A stretch of DNA of 62,929 nt, the filler included, from Sphacelaria rigidula (Eukaryota), in NCBI GenBank assembly GCA_964200075.2. It is 5 parts of 5 records of this genome, joined end to end, with 100 filler letters (N's around TTAATTAATTAA, not from the genome) between each part and the next. Parts side by side here need not be neighbours in the genome. Positions count along the whole stretch, not along the records: positions 12,608 to 25,114 come from CAXNAA020003686.1; positions 25,215 to 37,720 come from CAXNAA020003687.1; 3 more parts are not named here. The stretch is one strand, 5' to 3'. Shown here piece by piece: positions 21,101 through 33,439 of the stretch. Under the pieces are notes generated by a model, which was not told the DNA's origin, did not search any database, and worked only from the letters and a program-made list of their open reading frames with translations. A program made the position numbers and the translations under genes. Every line of letters starts with the position of its first letter. The first letter of the stretch is position 1.

Positions 21101-24100
21101 TAGTACATATCCTACACTACCCCCCCGTCGAACTCCGGTTCAATTCCATCCAGTACAGCACACGCACGATCGACGGATGACCGGAAAAAAACCCGCGGAA
21201 ATCTGTTCAGGCCCAAAAGCTATTTTCGAATATGGCTTACCTACACGCGATCGTAGATAACTTGCGCTGCACGAACGGCGGGTAGCTGAAACTCAAGAGG
21301 CAGGTAGTAATTGCTAATAGCCATCGTTGAACATCAAATTTGCACCAATTAGTTTCCGGGATCGTGCGTAAATTGCAAAATATGAACCTTACTATACGTC
21401 AACATTTGTCGTTATGGCAAGGGTATGCGCAGCCGCAACGTAAAGGGCTGATAGCTATGCGTCTTAGCTACACATAGCAATTTGATTTGTCTCTGCAGCT
21501 GCTGTGTGTGTTGAGATATTGCCATCTCGGCGGGGGTGTTGGGACACATACGATGCGGTGGAAAAGCGTGCCAGATACCCCGGCGTATCCAAAAAAAGGC
21601 GATATCCAAACCAAGCCGGCGGCAATTGCGCCGCGTTGAGGCGTGTTCGTTGTCGTACATATATTATCCCACCCTCTTGCATGGAAACAACAGCGTTGCC
21701 CGTCAGCAGAAAAGATAGTTCAAACACATGTGCATGCCGTTATAGCTGCGGTGGCGCGCGAGGTTGCTGCCCAAAGCATAGAGTGCAAACACACGCATAC
21801 TGTCGTCAGCGAGGCCGTGACCCCTCCGCGTCTAAGGTCAGTTGTCATGGCAAACAAACAACGCCAAAAAATACTGTACGAGCTGGGCCAGCTGACAGTG
21901 ATTTGCGAATGTATCGGGCCGGGCGGTTGGTAATCCGAAGCGTTGGGCACTGAAATATTGACAAAATATTTCGATCATCACCACGCACAACCTTCTCGGG
22001 GATGCCAAGGAAAAAAAACAGACACTCATTTTGAGCGATTTGAAATTTCTGCAAAAACTAGAAGAATATTATAACTCCGTGAAAACAAATAAATACGTGG
22101 GCATCGCTACCGTAGTTGTGCGTCCTTCATTGGAGGACATCCTGGTGCAATTGCGACCAAATCTTCCAGAAATTTGGCGCAGCATCAAACTTTTCGTGTG
22201 GCACGGCGCCGCTCCTTTCATCCAAGTGACGCAGTTGACTCCAATTATGGAGGTCACGAGTGCGAATCCCGACGGATTCCTTTTTTTTTTCCGTCGGTTG
22301 AGTGATACATTATGCCATACATTTCCTTTATTTTTTCTTTCTTTCAGTGGCGGTCCCGTGCGTTACCACGTAGGTCTGCAGGCCACACCGATATACTCAG
22401 GTCGGGCTGGTTTGGCAAACTTGATAAATTCTAGTGTGACATGCAAATGCGGAATTTACCGCTGGCCCAATCCATCACTTACGCCCAAAACGAGAAAAAA
22501 GGTGACGGTCAGATTAGTCGTCTTGCGTTAAAACACTCACTTCATTGACATTATCAGGTAATCTCATGCACCACAGGCAATCCGCTGACGGGCGTAGCCA
22601 GATCACCCCCAATACACTTTTGCATCCCACGGTGCACCGCACATCCACGAGCCATCATGGCCATGTACATGAGACACGGCTCATGACTACAGCGTGGAAA
22701 AAACAACCTTCAGTTGTACAGAAACGTTTGCGCAATCTATCTACAGGAAAGAACGGCCCCAATATTACCCGCAGACTGAAATCAGAACGCGAAATCTTCC
22801 TCATTGTCGTCGCCTGCTGCCGATGCCGAGTCCTCTCTCTCGGACCCGCTGCATTCTGAATCCGAATCTTCGATCCAGATCCCGGCTGCAGAGTTGGACT
22901 TGTGTCTGACGGGTTTATCTAATCCGCCGTCGCAAAAGTAGCCACCAGTAGGATCTTGTCCCGGATGCGCCCCCCCCTACCCCCTGCCTCCCGCCGCCGT
23001 GCCAGTAACGCCCCTCACCATCGGTCACGCCAACAGGTGCCCCTGGCGCGTTGCTCGCTCCACTTGCCGCGCCCCTTCCGCATGATGCAGCCGACTCGCC
23101 CCTTGCGTGCTTCGCTGTTGAGCGGCCTTTCCCGTTGCGCAATTGCTCGCGTGTGCGGCCATCTACACCGGCGGTTTCACTGATCGGATCTGGTCCCGAG
23201 TGCACTCCCCCCACCACCTTCCCCCCGGCGCCGCGCCGGCGAGGCTCCTCACCATCAGTCGTATCAACAGGTGTCCCTGGTGCGCTGCTCGCTCGAGATG
23301 TCGCCCTCATTCCACGTGATGCAGTCGACCCACCCCTCGAATGTTTCGCTGTTGATCGGCTTCTTCGGTTCCGCGATTGGCCACGTGCACCGCTCTGTCC
23401 GTCGCCGGTTTCCTCAGCGGGATTCGCGGCGGCCGCTCGCGAAGGGGGCGGGGGCAGTAAGCAGCGACCCTGGCAACCGCAGCTCAGAGTGCAGTTCCCC
23501 AAACACGTGCAACCCCGGCATCTGTGTTTTGTCGCCGCCCTCTCCGGGTTGCATGCACATCTGAGTGTTTGCACGTTTCCGGATGTGTCGACGTATGTGT
23601 GACTCGACAAGTACACCACAATGTTATCGCGTGACAGCTCCACCCCTGCTGTGCCCGACGATTTTACACCACCCTTGTGGTGAGTCCTCCTCTCAGGTTC
23701 TATGCCCCACCCGCGTCCGTTAAACTTCACTGGGGGAATGCTGCGTAGGAAGCTTCCCCCCAGTATTCGAACACCGCATCGGACTTACTGACGTGCTTCT
23801 TACAGGCGTTTAAGTCTGGGCAGCAGCGGGAAGGCTCCCGACCACCGCGCCTGGCGCCCGAGAGTCACAGAACAGTGCGATCGCCCTGTGTTTTCCATAC
23901 GATTGGGGACTGGGCTCCTCTCTTACTGTGTCTTCGTCGCCGACGTGGCCGTCAGCAGTTGCCCTCATATTTGACATCGACACTGCAGATTCTACGCCTG
24001 TCGGACCAAAACCCCTCTCGACCACATGTGTTGCATGTGCCGGGCGGGATGGCAGCCGCAGATACGCAGGTGTTTCACTACCTGCCCGCGTGACATGCAA

Positions 24101-25114
24101 CAACGCACATGTGTGCAAGAACTTGGACCTGTGCAATATTTGACGTTCACTGAGTCAAAGTCGGGGAATCTTGTGCGTATATAATCCTATATATATATTC
24201 CAGGCATGCTCACGTCCTGCGTTTGGTTCGAAAGCCGCAGTCATCACCCGCGATGGCTCGCGGGGTTACTGCAATAGTAAATTGAAGATGCTCTTACCTC
24301 GGATTCGGTTCTGGTGTCGTATGTGACGCTCGGGCTGCCCCGGGCGGCGTCTCAGCAGGCGCCCGGACGTCACATCCCATGAGTTAGCCCTGGGGATCCT
24401 CCACATCTGCCGCGAGGGTATGTACGGGGGGGGTGGTCAGGTGGGGAGTTGAAAACCAACGCTTCTGATCGAGAGTGTCATCTACCCTGCCGTTCTCATG
24501 TTCTCGCCTCCTGTGGCGACGGAGGTATATGTTTTCTGTCGCATGTAGCGGTCGCGGCGTCCTATCGTGATTCTCAAGAACCATGAAAAATGATAGGTCG
24601 AAATCTATGTCCATGTCGACGACGGAAATCTCGACCCACGCCATCAGTTAGTTATTTGATTCCGGGTGTCAGATCACTAAATTGGACTCCTTCTCCAGCT
24701 CGGGACAGACACTAAGTGCGAGTTGTACATTCGCTTGTGTACAACGCGAGCCGTCGATTTATTACGGCCCCGCCGTTTTCAGAACGTGATGCAGATACGT
24801 CTTCATCACATTGCTTTATACACACTTGTACTCTATGTAGCGTTTTCTTCGAAATATGGATTTGTAAAAAATGAGGTTGCACGATGACATAAGGTTCAAG
24901 CCCAAAACAGTGCTTTCTCCACACTTTCCGCGATGGTGCCCAAGGACTTTTTCGTGAGCCTAATGCCCCTCGATCGCATAGATACTTCTTCTGCGGACTG
25001 CTGCCGAGATAGCCCCCCCCCAAAACCGGCCGAAAACGTGCACGAAGGCGATGATCATAACTGCCGTTAAAGTTGGTTTCGTGCTGCACGTCGCGACTGA
25101 TTTGGGCGTTACAG
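21101..25114 (-). mobile_element. AcademX-like DNA transposon remnant, copy 2 (non-autonomous deletion derivative)
   Basis: TAG terminus at 21101. Homologous to 14954-16065 and 121-4600. Lacks most of the nuclease domain (homology to copy 1 breaks at ~23832). Confidence 0.65.
22915..23832 (-). pseudogene. Academ-like transposase C-terminus with intact Cys cluster
   Basis: ORF 22915-23730: GRGWG...CACNPERAATKHRCRGCTCLGNCTLSCGCQGRC, followed by RSTAKH(S/A)RG repeats. Confidence 0.7.
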
Positions 25115-25214
25115 NNNNNNNNNNNNNNNNNNNNNNNNNNNNNNNNNNNNNNNNNNNNTTAATTAATTAANNNNNNNNNNNNNNNNNNNNNNNNNNNNNN
25201 NNNNNNNNNNNNNN
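25115..25214. other. Artificial contig spacer
   Basis: N44-TTAATTAATTAA-N44. Confidence 0.98.
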
Positions 25215-25944
25215 AGCTGCTCAACTGCTGCGGTCATTTGGGTGTGAAGATGGCTTCGCTAGGTCGCTAGTGTTTCGGGTTTTCCGTGCAAGAGAGAAGT
25301 GCCACTGCAACCCCATATTTTGTATGAATCCCAAAATCTGAAATCGGCTGTTAAATTTAAAATCGGCTGTTTATTGACAACAAGAGAGGCATCATTTTCC
25401 AATGTCCAATTTCTCGAGGTGAAGTTGGTTTCTGCTGCAGGTCAAAATTCAACTCAATGGGTTTTGCGACTCCATTTTTGCGTCAGGATTCTTGCGACCG
25501 GATCCTTGCGAAAGTTTGTATGCTACATTTTCCTTAAAACCCCTATCGATTTCGGTTTTGGGGGGATAGCTTCGTCATACCGACACCAAACGCATCCTGC
25601 TCCGAGGAGGACGTGGACAAACAGCAGTTGCTGCTGCCCACCTAGTATCACCCTCCAAATTGAAGTCTTGAGTAAGAACCGCCAGCGTTTGGTGCCCATG
25701 TACAAAGATGATTAACATCGAGTATCATGCTCCAAAACGTATCCGACAAGGGGGAACACCCCCGTACAGACAGTAGCAATGCCAGCAGATCTTACGTCCT
25801 GACAGTTTGTGACAGTCTGGCAGCTGGAAAGATGGTTATGGCAGTGTCCTTCTAGGGAAATCAACGTACAATGCACTGAGGCAGAGCTTGCAGGTGAATA
25901 GTTCGGCGATTGCTTCACCTGCAATTCGCTCAGATGTTGCCCCT

Positions 25945-26388
25945 AACACGGGATCTTACATATCGAGGACGGAGTTTTTATTGGGGATGAAAACTCTGCA
26001 AAATTAAAATCTTCGTATCCACACCAAATCTTCGAAGTATGGTTCTATTTTTTCACCCACTGATAGCTATTGACAACTTCTACACGCGATAGAAATTTGG
26101 ATGCCGATTACCGAAATGTTGGAGTCCAAGGTGAAAAAACAATTTCAGAACCATTTTGGCGTCCGTTCGGACACCCGATATCCCCCCCCAAAAGGGCTTT
26201 CACCTAGGACCCCAAAATTTCGGCGACCGGAATCCAAGTTTCTATGGCGTGTAGCAGTTGTCAATTGCAACCAGTAGGTGAAAAAGTGGAACCATATTTC
26301 TCAGATTTGGTGTGGATACAGAGATTTGATTCCCCGGGGTTCTCATCCCCAATGAATGATCCATCCCCAATTTGTAAGATCCCGTGTT
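25945..26388. mobile_element. Foldback/MITE with ~190-bp imperfect TIRs
   Basis: AACACGGGATCTTACA...TGTAAGATCCCGTGTT, with arms pairing inward to ~26135/26198. Flanked by CCT on both sides (possible 3-bp TSD). Interrupts the repeat shared with 12922-13690. Confidence 0.85.
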
Positions 26389-28338
26389 CCTTGCATTGTA
26401 TATAGAAAATGTGCCCAGCCGTGGACAAAAAAATTCTACAGACAGACAGTACGAACACGATGTGGAAAGTGTACTGCACAAAGTCAGTGTTTTGTCGTCC
26501 AATCTTGTCTGGACGCCGGGCCCACCTTTCGGTATATGTGGGCGCACCAGCCGCGGCTGTGTTACCATACAGCTTCGCCTAAGAAATAGGCAGCCATTAC
26601 AGCGGCGGAGGCGGCCTTTCACTCCTGCGTGCGCCACCTGGGGCAAACGCACGCTGTAGCTGCAACATGGACAGCTTTACAAAATGTGATGTGGCAATAT
26701 AGCGCGTGGCGAGGAGGTTTATATCCTGCGTACACCTTGGCTGCGATACAACGGCTGCACTCATGGTGTGGCGAAGTGCATAGGACAACACGAAATCAAT
26801 GCAGGACAGGTATAGACAAAGGATGCGACGTTCTGCGGTGTGCTTTGTCACCCTGAATTCTGCCGCTGTGCAGTGGGCAGGTAGTACCGCTGCAGGCGTC
26901 GCGCCGCGGTTGGCACACAGTATCGGCTCCACACTCAAAGGGTAACTGTCATGGTACGATACTTACCACCTGGGTAGGAAGATGCCAGTTCTGTGGGCAC
27001 CGGGGCTAGCAGGCCCGAACACAATCTTTAGTATCGAAGCCATTAAGGTCGACATTATCGAGTGTAAAGTCAGCCACCGCACCAGTGGTCAGGTGTCATG
27101 CCATGAGCCGCGCAGGCTGCAGCATAACATGTGTTGCATGAAGGTCAAGCTTACATTTGTGAAGACCAGAGAACCCTCTGAGATAGCAGTCCATGATGGC
27201 GTAGATGCTCTTGTATTATTGGCGTACAGGCTAACTTGTGCTTTGCTAGTGGAGATGCATGGTCCAAAACGCTGTGACCCAAAGGGGGCGGCCAAGCCAA
27301 TTCAATCAAACAATGTAGTATGACCCATCAGGTACCAAGCATGACAAAGTATGAGAAATGGAACCCAGTCGACTGGAACATGACCAATAAACTTGTAACA
27401 TCCCCCTAGCCATATTTATATGGTTAAACACAAACTTATTGGAGGTCTGGAAGGGTCAGAACAAAAACAAAGCCTGTGCACCATACGCCTGAGAGTAAAA
27501 CGAGAAAAAACTGCTGAATTACAGTACAACAGAGGAAAACTCGTTGCAGATCTCATGAATAGGTGAACCCTGATAAGCAGGGGAAAATTCCATCCGTTAG
27601 GAAAGGAAAAAAATCTATAACGCCCTTTCCAACGACAGAAACAGCAGACAAGTACGGTCGCTGTCGTTTTCCCGGGGTCTCAGTTAGACTGGAGAACGAT
27701 CGGCTAGTTAGCATGATCGCGCGTCGACACCCTGGATCAGTTAGACTGGATTCTAGCGTAGTGCGGGGCTTAAACCTCGCTAAAAACAACCTTTCCGCGA
27801 ACTGATCAATAGTTACAGGAGTGCAGCTTTTGAGGGGTGCTCTTCTGTAACTACCGATACCTATTGTACTGGAAATAGAGCCTACGCGCCTTGGCTCACA
27901 CATGTGCCCGTATATCACCAAATGGGAAGCAATCGATAACAAAGCGGCACAAGAAAAAGACAAGGAGCACTCGAAATTCATGACTGAAGCGTACGGTAGC
28001 AGCAATATATAGTTACATATTTCCTTACTTCACTACCGTATTCCTCTCGCGGTGATATCGTGTACCCCATCACACAACAGCCATTCGTACACGTCCATGG
28101 CTGCAGTCTATTCTTTGGCTCCTCCGTTTCAGCTTGGGGCGCTAAACTTCCAAGCGAAATGGCTGTTTCTAGTCTCCATTTTCGTATCGTACCCGCCGAA
28201 AGAAATTCCCATAATCATACACGTGGTGCTTCAACTCGGCACTGATGTAGCCTTTCCAGGAGGTAGCACCTGTGTCAAAAGCTTCAAGACATCACTACGT
28301 GGGGAAGCGGGGTGCTTCGAGTGCGATGGCGGGGTCGT

Positions 28339-28840
28339 AGGAACTGTGGAGTGATACAGGTGCAAAAGGCTTATGACGCAGTATGGAGCAGTGGGTTGTG
28401 GGAAAATATATGAGGAACTGTGATCAAAGGAAAGGTGTGGACGATTGAGACGAAATAAATGTGCCAAAAATGCGACGGTGCTAGACAGGGAAACGAAATA
28501 TTTTGATCGTTTTGAAGGAGTCGCACCAGGATGTACGCTATCACCCTCTCTAACCGAGGTATTCTTCGATGACCTGATACAAGCATGAGACATGGCAAAG
28601 CGAGGGTTGGAAATGATGAAACAACTGGAAACAGTGCTGCTGGCCGCAGCTAAGAGAATACTTTGATGCGGAAACGGTGCAAACGGCAGCAAAGAAAATA
28701 TTACTTGGATGCAATAAAAATAGTGAGGATGAAAACAGTACAGAGTGCAACAGCTCAGAAACTACTTGGATGAAGTGAAGTTGGTGAAGGAGTTGGGGAA
28801 CAGTGCAGATTACAGCAGCTAGGGGAATTACTTGGACGCT
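28339..28840 (+). pseudogene. Non-LTR (LINE) reverse transcriptase fragment, copy A
   Basis: VQKAYDAVWSSGLW, GVAPGCTLSPSL..VFFDDLI (the GV.QG..LSP motif), KQLETV..AAAKRIL. Confidence 0.85.
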
Positions 28841-28849
28841 CAAAACAAA

Positions 28850-29690
28850 AAGGTACGCCCTCCCCCCTTTTGAAGTCTTTCCCTTTTCTCCACCCGTCAG
28901 TGCCTGAAACAACGTAGAGTTCTCGACAATCCAACATGGTGACAGATACAGGCAATGCAGTCCAACACGACACAAATTCAGGGGTCAGGTGGAATGTGGG
29001 TGTGGTGTTCCAGTTTGGCCCCCCTCAAGGTGTGACGCTAACACTTCGGGTATGAGGTGTTTCGGATAGGGTGGGCGGATATGGAAGGAACTTCTCGCTA
29101 TTGAGACAGCGGTGGTACGTGTTTAATGTTTACGGCCAGCCCAGAGCTCGAAGGGGCGTGTGTCAGACGATAGCATGGCGTCAGGTCGTCGGGTAGGGTA
29201 CGATTGCGCAAGAGTGTGCGTGAAACGTACTTCTCTGGGGCCAAGATTTGTACAATTATGTAACCTCTTCAGCAGTCGTCCCCCTAGGTTCTCGAATCCT
29301 GTGAAACTGTAGACATAATGGCGAAAATGAAATAGGCAAGGCATGCTGAGTAAAATATAATAATGAGGTACGTTGTACTAAATATACCGAGACAGCAAAA
29401 AGAGAGCGCGCGTGTACCTACATCGTGCAGCAATACCGTTGGCTTTTCTACGTATTCAGAATATCGGTCAGCAGGGCGACTAGAATGCTACGCTCCTGGA
29501 CAAACTGTCCAAGGTACCTGGTGGTTTGAGAAACGAACGTAGTTTTTCGATTGTATGGACGTGGCGTCTGAGTAACTGTATGCCGGTATTATCGATCAAC
29601 AGGCTAAGGAACCTGTGAGACCCTGCAGTAAAGATAAATTTGGCGAACTTGGCGAATTTTACTGAACACAAAATCGTGTAGTCGACAAAA
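28850..29690 (-). mobile_element. Gypsy remnant (RT/connection fragment and PPT-like run), copy A
   Basis: FLSLLIDNTGIQ...KLRSFL...SILVALL.DIL at ~29610-29455. GGGGGAGGGCGTAC at ~28867-28853 resembles the PPT at 37850-37867. Confidence 0.55.
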
Positions 29691-31297
29691 TTTCCCGGGG
29701 AACGTTGGGTGAGCAACACCTCGGTCAAGAAGCTTGTGCATTTCTTTTCTGATCATACGGCGTTCTCATGGTGGGAAACCGCGTTGTTTTGTGGCAAAGG
29801 GTGTGCACGCGAGACAACAACCAGCAAAAAGTATGGAACTCGTGCTTCGCCGGTCCAGCGACCATGTCAGCGACGCAAGTGTCTAAAAACTATATGTAGG
29901 GCCTGTAAGGACCGTCAAAAACTATATAGATAGTCGCGCAGTCAACTTGCATGGTAGGCTGGGCATGAAGAGCAAAAAGGCAAAATAGGGAAACTACGTA
30001 CGTCTGCGTACTGAATAAGTAATGACAAGGCAATCCACAGGAAAATGAGTGGCAGCATGATATCGAAAACCAAGTTTGAAGCAACTGAACAATGTATTAT
30101 CCAACTACGGTACCGCAAATGAACAAGGTAGTATCCAACTACGGTACAGGGGGCGTCAGAAGGTCAACCTGGTGAATAGCAAACCATACGATCGATTACC
30201 AGTGTGGGATAAAATGGGAATCCTATTTAGTGGCACCAAGGTAATGACCCTGCTACCAGAATGCTATGAAAAGGTACCCGGGATTAGCTAAACCAAACCA
30301 AATTGCAGGCACTCCACGCGGGAACACACCGTCATTGGCAAACCGTTCAGTGTTTCCTGCGTGTCCTCCCCAACGCAATGACGTTTAGCGCCGGTTCCCT
30401 CAGCGGGATGCGAACACCGAGGACAAGAGTGTGGGTGAAACAGGGGCGGAAGTAATAGCGGGAGTGGTTAGTATACGTTGGAAGTCTTGGGGTACATGGA
30501 AATATGGTTCGATTTTATACCACGTGACGCAGATCGAAATGTCGTGAGCCGGGCGGTAAATTCGGCGTTTCGGCCTTGCGAACCAGATAGATGAAACGAT
30601 TACCAGCGGAATCCTGCTCAAGCATGATGAGTACAGGCAGCGCAACAGACAAGACCCTGCAGATAGCCTGCACCCGCACGATCAAAGAAAAACATCACGA
30701 GCGCCAAACGCAATACAAAATTACCAGAACATGAAATGAAAAATAGTGCAGCGCAAAATTATTCAGCACTCAAAATACAATCGAGGGGCTTAAAACACAG
30801 TTGTGGTAGACGCGATACCCGGAGATGCAGACAATATAAGTATGTAAAATGAAAGAAAAGCAAACAAGATCGAAATAGAAATGGAAGCTTTACTGCATGC
30901 GCATTCCACAAATCCTCATGGCCACAATAATAATGCAACCCCGGAAACAAAGTACATACTGATAATGGTAGGTTGTTCTACAATAAAACTACCGGGATAA
31001 TATAGAGAATGTCTAGAACACGATCATTGCTGGAAGGTACAGCGATGATGTTATGGCTGACCAGGTGTAGATCAGGCGAAGGTAATACAATGCACGCAAC
31101 AATGACAAAACAAAAACTGTGCGATCAGATCGAAGCAAGGTTATGAAGAACATGAGGGCGGAAAATGCACGTGCACATGACAACATGCGATGTGATAGTG
31201 AGCGAGAAAAAGTACAGCCGACAGTAGGCGGTAGAGGCAAAAATAACACAACAAGCGGGACAATGACAGCCAACCAGGGTAGCAGAAAGCACGGTGG

Positions 31298-31324
31298 AAA
31301 CAGCAGCAGCAGCAGCAACAACAT

Positions 31325-31384
<60 letters not shown>

Positions 31385-31581
31385 GCAACCGCAACAGTCG
31401 TAATTAGCAACAGCAACATAAAACAGAAAACAACAACAGCAGCAGCAGCAGCAACAGCAGCTGCAGCAACAGCAGCAGCAGCAACACACAACAACAACGA
31501 CAACAACGACAACAGCAGCAGCAGCAGCAACATACAACAGCAGCAGCAACAACATACAACAACAACAACATACAACAACAT

Positions 31582-31644
<63 letters not shown>

Positions 31645-31664
31645 GCGGCAGCAGCGGCAGCAGC

Positions 31665-31697
<33 letters not shown>

Positions 31698-31715
31698 GAC
31701 AACATACAATAACAA
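31298..31715. repeat. Compound (CAA)n/(CAG)n microsatellite
   Basis: Directly visible. Confidence 0.95.
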
Positions 31716-31886
31716 CACGGCTGTACAGCTTCCGCAGCTGTCTGGAGCCTGATGTCCCGAAACGCCCCGACGTTATTATTGTCGAGAAGGATCGGTCCTC
31801 AAAAGTTGGTTATCAAAGGGTTGTCGTCAATCCAAGCAACCACAGTAATGAACAGTACGAGCAGCAGCGGCTTCAAATCGAATTTT

Positions 31887-32046
31887 TAAATTACCGATCA
31901 ACCCGTACACACAATTTGTAACATGTGTGATTCCGACCAAAAGGGATGATGGTGACGCGATGCAGTCTAAATTCCCGGCCAACCCGTACACACAATTAGT
32001 AACATGTGTGATCCCGACCAAACGGGATGATGGTGACGCGATGCAG
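31887..32046. repeat. Tandem repeat, 81-bp unit x2
   Basis: CAACCCGTACACACAATT.GTAACATGTGTGAT.CCGACCAAA.GGGATGATGGTGACGCGATGCAG at 31899 and 31980. Confidence 0.9.
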
Positions 32047-32580
32047 GGAAAGCCACTATACTGTGCGGGTAGGCCACAACAGCGAACAACGTCTCATCAC
32101 CACGAAGAGGTGCATTTCAGGGGAACAGATGCGTGGGGACCTCGGTGTAACAATTTAGGCACATATGGTGATGACAATCGTTTATCGGTAAAAGCTCATG
32201 CGGTCAAAGTGGGGCACCGTACAAGTAGCAGAGTGGGAAACTACGCGAGTGGGAAAACTACCCGTGACTTTACATGCTGGTGTAAGAGGCATTACGCGCA
32301 CATGAGGGCTAAACAGGCAGTGCGATAGCCAGCAGGGTACAACTACCCATGGGCGGTGAAGTCAAAAATCGCAACGCCTCAGGCGGGACAGTAGCCGCAG
32401 AGCAGCAGAACAAAATCGCGTTGTTCTTTAGGCGGAATAGTAACCACACAGCACGGTAACAGCCGCAGCAACATGAAAGTTTATAGTATCGCCAAAAGCG
32501 ACAGCAAGACAGCAAAGCAACAGCGACCGTGGCGGCCGTAACAACAGCAGACGATAACAGGCAGAAGCAACGCCACCACC

Positions 32581-32752
32581 AGCAAACAAACAACGAACAG
32601 CCACAGACGGTAGCAGCAGCACAATAACAGAAACAAAGGACAACAACGAACCGCAGCAAACAAACAACGAACAGCCACAGGCGGTAGCAGCAGCACAATA
32701 ACAGAAACAAAGGACAACAACGAACCGCAGCAAACAAACAACGAACAGCCAC
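32581..32752. repeat. Tandem repeat, 74-bp unit x2.3
   Basis: AGCAAACAAACAACGAACAGCCAC starts at 32581, 32655 and 32729. Confidence 0.9.
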
Positions 32753-33439
32753 GACAGTGGACAAAAACGACGCGGCTGTACAGCTTCCGGAGCTGTCTGG
32801 AACTTGATGTCCCAAAACACCCCGACGTAGTTGTAGGCCCCCTGGTTCGTTGACTCGTGCGATCTCGTTCGACCTTTATGCCTTCGTCAATTGTTTTGGC
32901 TAGGTTCTTTCACTTTTGCTTTGAACGTCTGCCGTGGCGTGTTGATGAACAATCCCGGATGAGCTCGTGCATAAAGCCGTTGGTGGCGCACTGCGTGGGT
33001 TGCATGTAACGAAGTGCAATTCGGCGGGTACGGAGCACAGGGCACCCACGAGGCAAAATAAACTACATAGCCCACGCTCGATTATTTATGCTCAACGTGC
33101 GTATGGTAGGTAGACAGAACAAAATAGTGCGAAGAGCCCAAGCAGCATACCATCATAGTAAACTGTACATGCTCTCATAGTACACTGTACGTGCTCTCCA
33201 AACATCCCAGTGACACAAAGCCGTGAACTTCAAAAGCACTGTCTACTACATGCTGAATTATGTTGCAGGTAAGATACGCTGTGGACACTACAATTTGTGA
33301 ACAGACACACTATTTACTCTATATAAAAGAAGTAATATTTTACCTGATTCGACCCACACACCAGCAAAACCCTCTCCTCCGAAGGTTTGTGGCCGGAGCG
33401 TGCCAGTGTTGACTCTACACAAGCAAGGGTTGGACACCA

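Larger units (their letters stand above)
26947..31115. repeat. 4.2-kb segmental duplication, copy A
   Basis: Collinear, highly similar direct copy at 33440-37720. Confidence 0.95.

Noticed and set aside
28231-28975. Minus-strand ORFs conserved in both duplicate copies (also 34723-35470)
   Set aside because: Antisense shadows of the plus-strand LINE fragment. Their conservation reflects recent duplication.
31013-31718. Poly-Q/L/C/V ORFs
   Set aside because: Translations of a CAA/CAG microsatellite, with no flanking coding evidence.
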